Below, piece after piece: positions 61,354-64,000 of a stretch of 64,000 bases of DNA. Where the stretch lies: positions 744,001 through 808,000 of the forward strand of contig JAKIMF020000005.1 of assembly GCA_022605425.2 (NCBI GenBank). The letters are read 5' to 3'. A model generated the notes under the pieces. The model saw only the letters and a list, made by a program, of their open reading frames with translations, did not search any database and was not told where the DNA came from. Within the stretch, counting starts at the first letter, position 1, and each line of letters starts with the position of its first letter. The stretch comes from Hamiltosporidium tvaerminnensis FI-OER-3-3 (lineage: Eukaryota; Fungi; Microsporidia). Position numbers and translations under genes: made by a program.

Positions 61354-64000
61354 ATTCTGACTTCGAACCTAAGTAAACAATTTAATTTGTTGCTTTAAAA
61401 TCAAATGTTGGTCTAGGTATGTAAAATTTCGATCATGTAGTTCGGAAATCTAATCTTATTCCAGGATACTCACATTTAAATCGCAAAAACAAAATAACTC
61501 TATATTATTTTAAATATCTTGAGATAATTTCTATTCAAGAATAAAATACGGTTTTAACTAATCCTTTGATTATTATTATAGTAGCATTCGGATTATTTCC
61601 AACATCCCTAATTATACTATAAATTTTCTAAAAGGTTAACATTTACTCTTTTATTCGCAATATAGAAATTTTTTTGGCTCCAGATATGAAAGAACCTCTT
61701 TTAAATTGGATTTTAATATAAATTTAATTAAAACCACCAAGAGCTCACTTTTTAAACTAGTTATTTTATAGCAAATAATATATTTTCCACTTAAAATTTA
61801 TAATTTGAACTTTTATATTTCTCATTTAACGGCAAAATTGCGTTTGTGAAGACCTAAATAAATTTCATTAATTCTTCTAGAGGCTGGTAACTGTAGATAA
61901 TCTGTTTTTATCTTTCCGAGTAAATCAGGCGTACGAAAGGCGATTAGTGTTCGACACAAAAGATAACCTATTTATGCTTGACTTGGATATAAAGAGGCGC
62001 TTATTAGCTCTTCTTTCCCAAAAGATGTATCATATATGCCAAACTTATAAGAATTGGTATTTTAGCTTTAAAAAATATTCTAAAAGAAATCGAAAACCAT
62101 GTATTATAGTTAATTATGATTTTCAGATTTATTTTCTAAAAAAATATGGATTCGGCTTTTGAAAAATTTTCTTTACACTTTAGTGTCTTTTATTTACTTG
62201 AGCGAACAACATTTTATTTCAGTCCGTCTAAAATAAAAGGTTATTGATATTTCAAGAACTTTTGTTCAAGCAAGAATCTTTTTCAAAGGATTAATTTTTT
62301 TAGCTGATTTTATCAAGGTAATTTATTATGAAAATAGTTAATCGTGCATATTTATCACTTCTGTAATCAGGAAATCTGTCGATTTCTGTAAGGAATATGA
62401 GATTTTGTTAAAATTAGAAGCATTGTGAATAATTAGGTTTGGACAAACGTAACTATTGTATATTTCGTAAAATTTTTATATATTCTAGTCTATTACAAAC
62501 CATAATTAAAGAAATATTTTTTCGTGCTTTGATCCTTCTTAAATTTAAATATTCATTTATTTTTGATTTTCATTTCCCAAATGATATACTTTTTTTCTGA
62601 ATTTTAAATTTTTGGATTATTTAAATTTAAGTAATGAAGAATTATTCCAGGTTTAATCTATAATAAATGGCAAAAAAAAAATTTAGACTTTATTACCTCG
62701 ATATATAATTTCTATTTATTTTAAATATTTTTATCGCGTAGAAAAATTTCTAATGCTTATTATTCAACACATAGTTCTTTTACAGCCTCCAGTTAAGTCT
62801 AAAAGGCAAACCAAATCTTTTCACACCGATTTTATAATTTTTGAACAAAACATAACCATAGAATTATATAGATCCCTAAAAGAAAATGGATATTATAATA
62901 ACACATTTCTTTTCTTACTAGAGGCATTTATCTAAATCTGCTGCAAAACTACCATACAATATTTTCCGAAGAAATCAATAACCTTAAAAATATCAAAACG
63001 AAGTAAATAAAAAGTAGTAGAAATGAAATATACAATTTACAACGGTTTTAAATATCTACAATTTTCTATATGGTAATCAAACTAATATTTTTAATTACCT
63101 AATTATTACAAAAACCATATCGTTATATAGAAATATATATAAAGTAAATCTATTATATAAGTTATTTTTTAATTTCTACGATTTTATATTATAAACCAAC
63201 GAATTAAAGTTTCTTCTAAATAAACAGAACGCTCGTATTGATAATTTTCAAATAGAAATCAAATATTTTCTCATAAATGTCTCATATATACGATTTTTTT
63301 TCATGTTTCTTTTTTTCTTCGAGAAATCCTAATATTTCTAAAACTTACATTTTTGAACACCTTCTTTTTAAAAATTTACAAATAAATTATTCTGGTTTTT
63401 TTTAAATTAAACTCACGCATGATTTCCTTAAAACTATTAAGTCTCTTAAATTTCTTAATTAAACAAGCAAGGGCTTTTTAATTATAAGTTTTTAGTTTTA
63501 CTGTTAAAGTTAAGTTAACTTTTTATTTTGAATTTTTATTTGTAATAAATATTCCTGATGTATATTCTATAATAAATTGTTAATAGCCATTCCTTAATTA
63601 TAAGAATAAATATACGATATTTATATCTAATTCATAAATGTAGATCTCTTATACCTATGAATTTACATTTCAAATATGATTTTCAGATTTCAATTTTATA
63701 AATTCCGTTCGCAATTATAACGTATGCTTTTCAGATACATATCACGAATTTAGATAGAAACATTAATATTGATGAGAAAATGCTTCGATTTACACTAATA
63801 TTCATACTTACTTTCCCTTTTCATATAATCTTGTTTTTTAAAATTATATTATGTTCAAAGTTTTGAGTTCACCAAGAAAAAATCGTTAAAAGAGTTCTTT
63901 TATATCGCACGAAACTGTACCCAATTCATCAGTCATTTGAGAAATATATCGCCTTAAGATAAAGTATTACAACGTAATTGTGTAATACACAGGATTTATG

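Noticed and set aside
1-64000. CRISPR arrays, rRNA, telomeric repeats, prokaryotic operons
   Set aside because: No regularly spaced repeat-spacer units, rRNA-like GC-rich blocks or TTAGG arrays were seen.

Overview
Very AT-rich, gene-sparse eukaryotic DNA with apparently intronless genes. CCC motifs just before some ATGs, a compact Rtt109/Rad2 pair and a lineage-specific secreted LRR-like family suggest a large-genome microsporidian (Hamiltosporidium-like). That assignment is inference only. The window is dominated by a >=14.4 kb inverted duplication (1..~14,500 vs ~30,120..44,707). Each arm carries RTT109, RAD2/XPG, a DD39D mariner, a frameshifted BTB-like/LRR gene and a membrane-anchored USP deubiquitinase, which is intact only in the right arm. 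The ~15.6 kb spacer is a transposon graveyard. It holds a full-length decayed RTE LINE whose 5' end is a degenerate twister ribozyme, a Helitron helicase relic with its CTAG end, a probable gypsy relic, and one intact gene. Beyond the duplication lie a type-I membrane protein gene, two more signal-peptide/BTB-like/LRR genes and a 222-bp tRNA-headed, RTE-related SINE with a 13-bp TSD. An unidentified ~650-bp dispersed repeat family recurs across the window. All alignments were made by eye, and relic boundaries are approximate.
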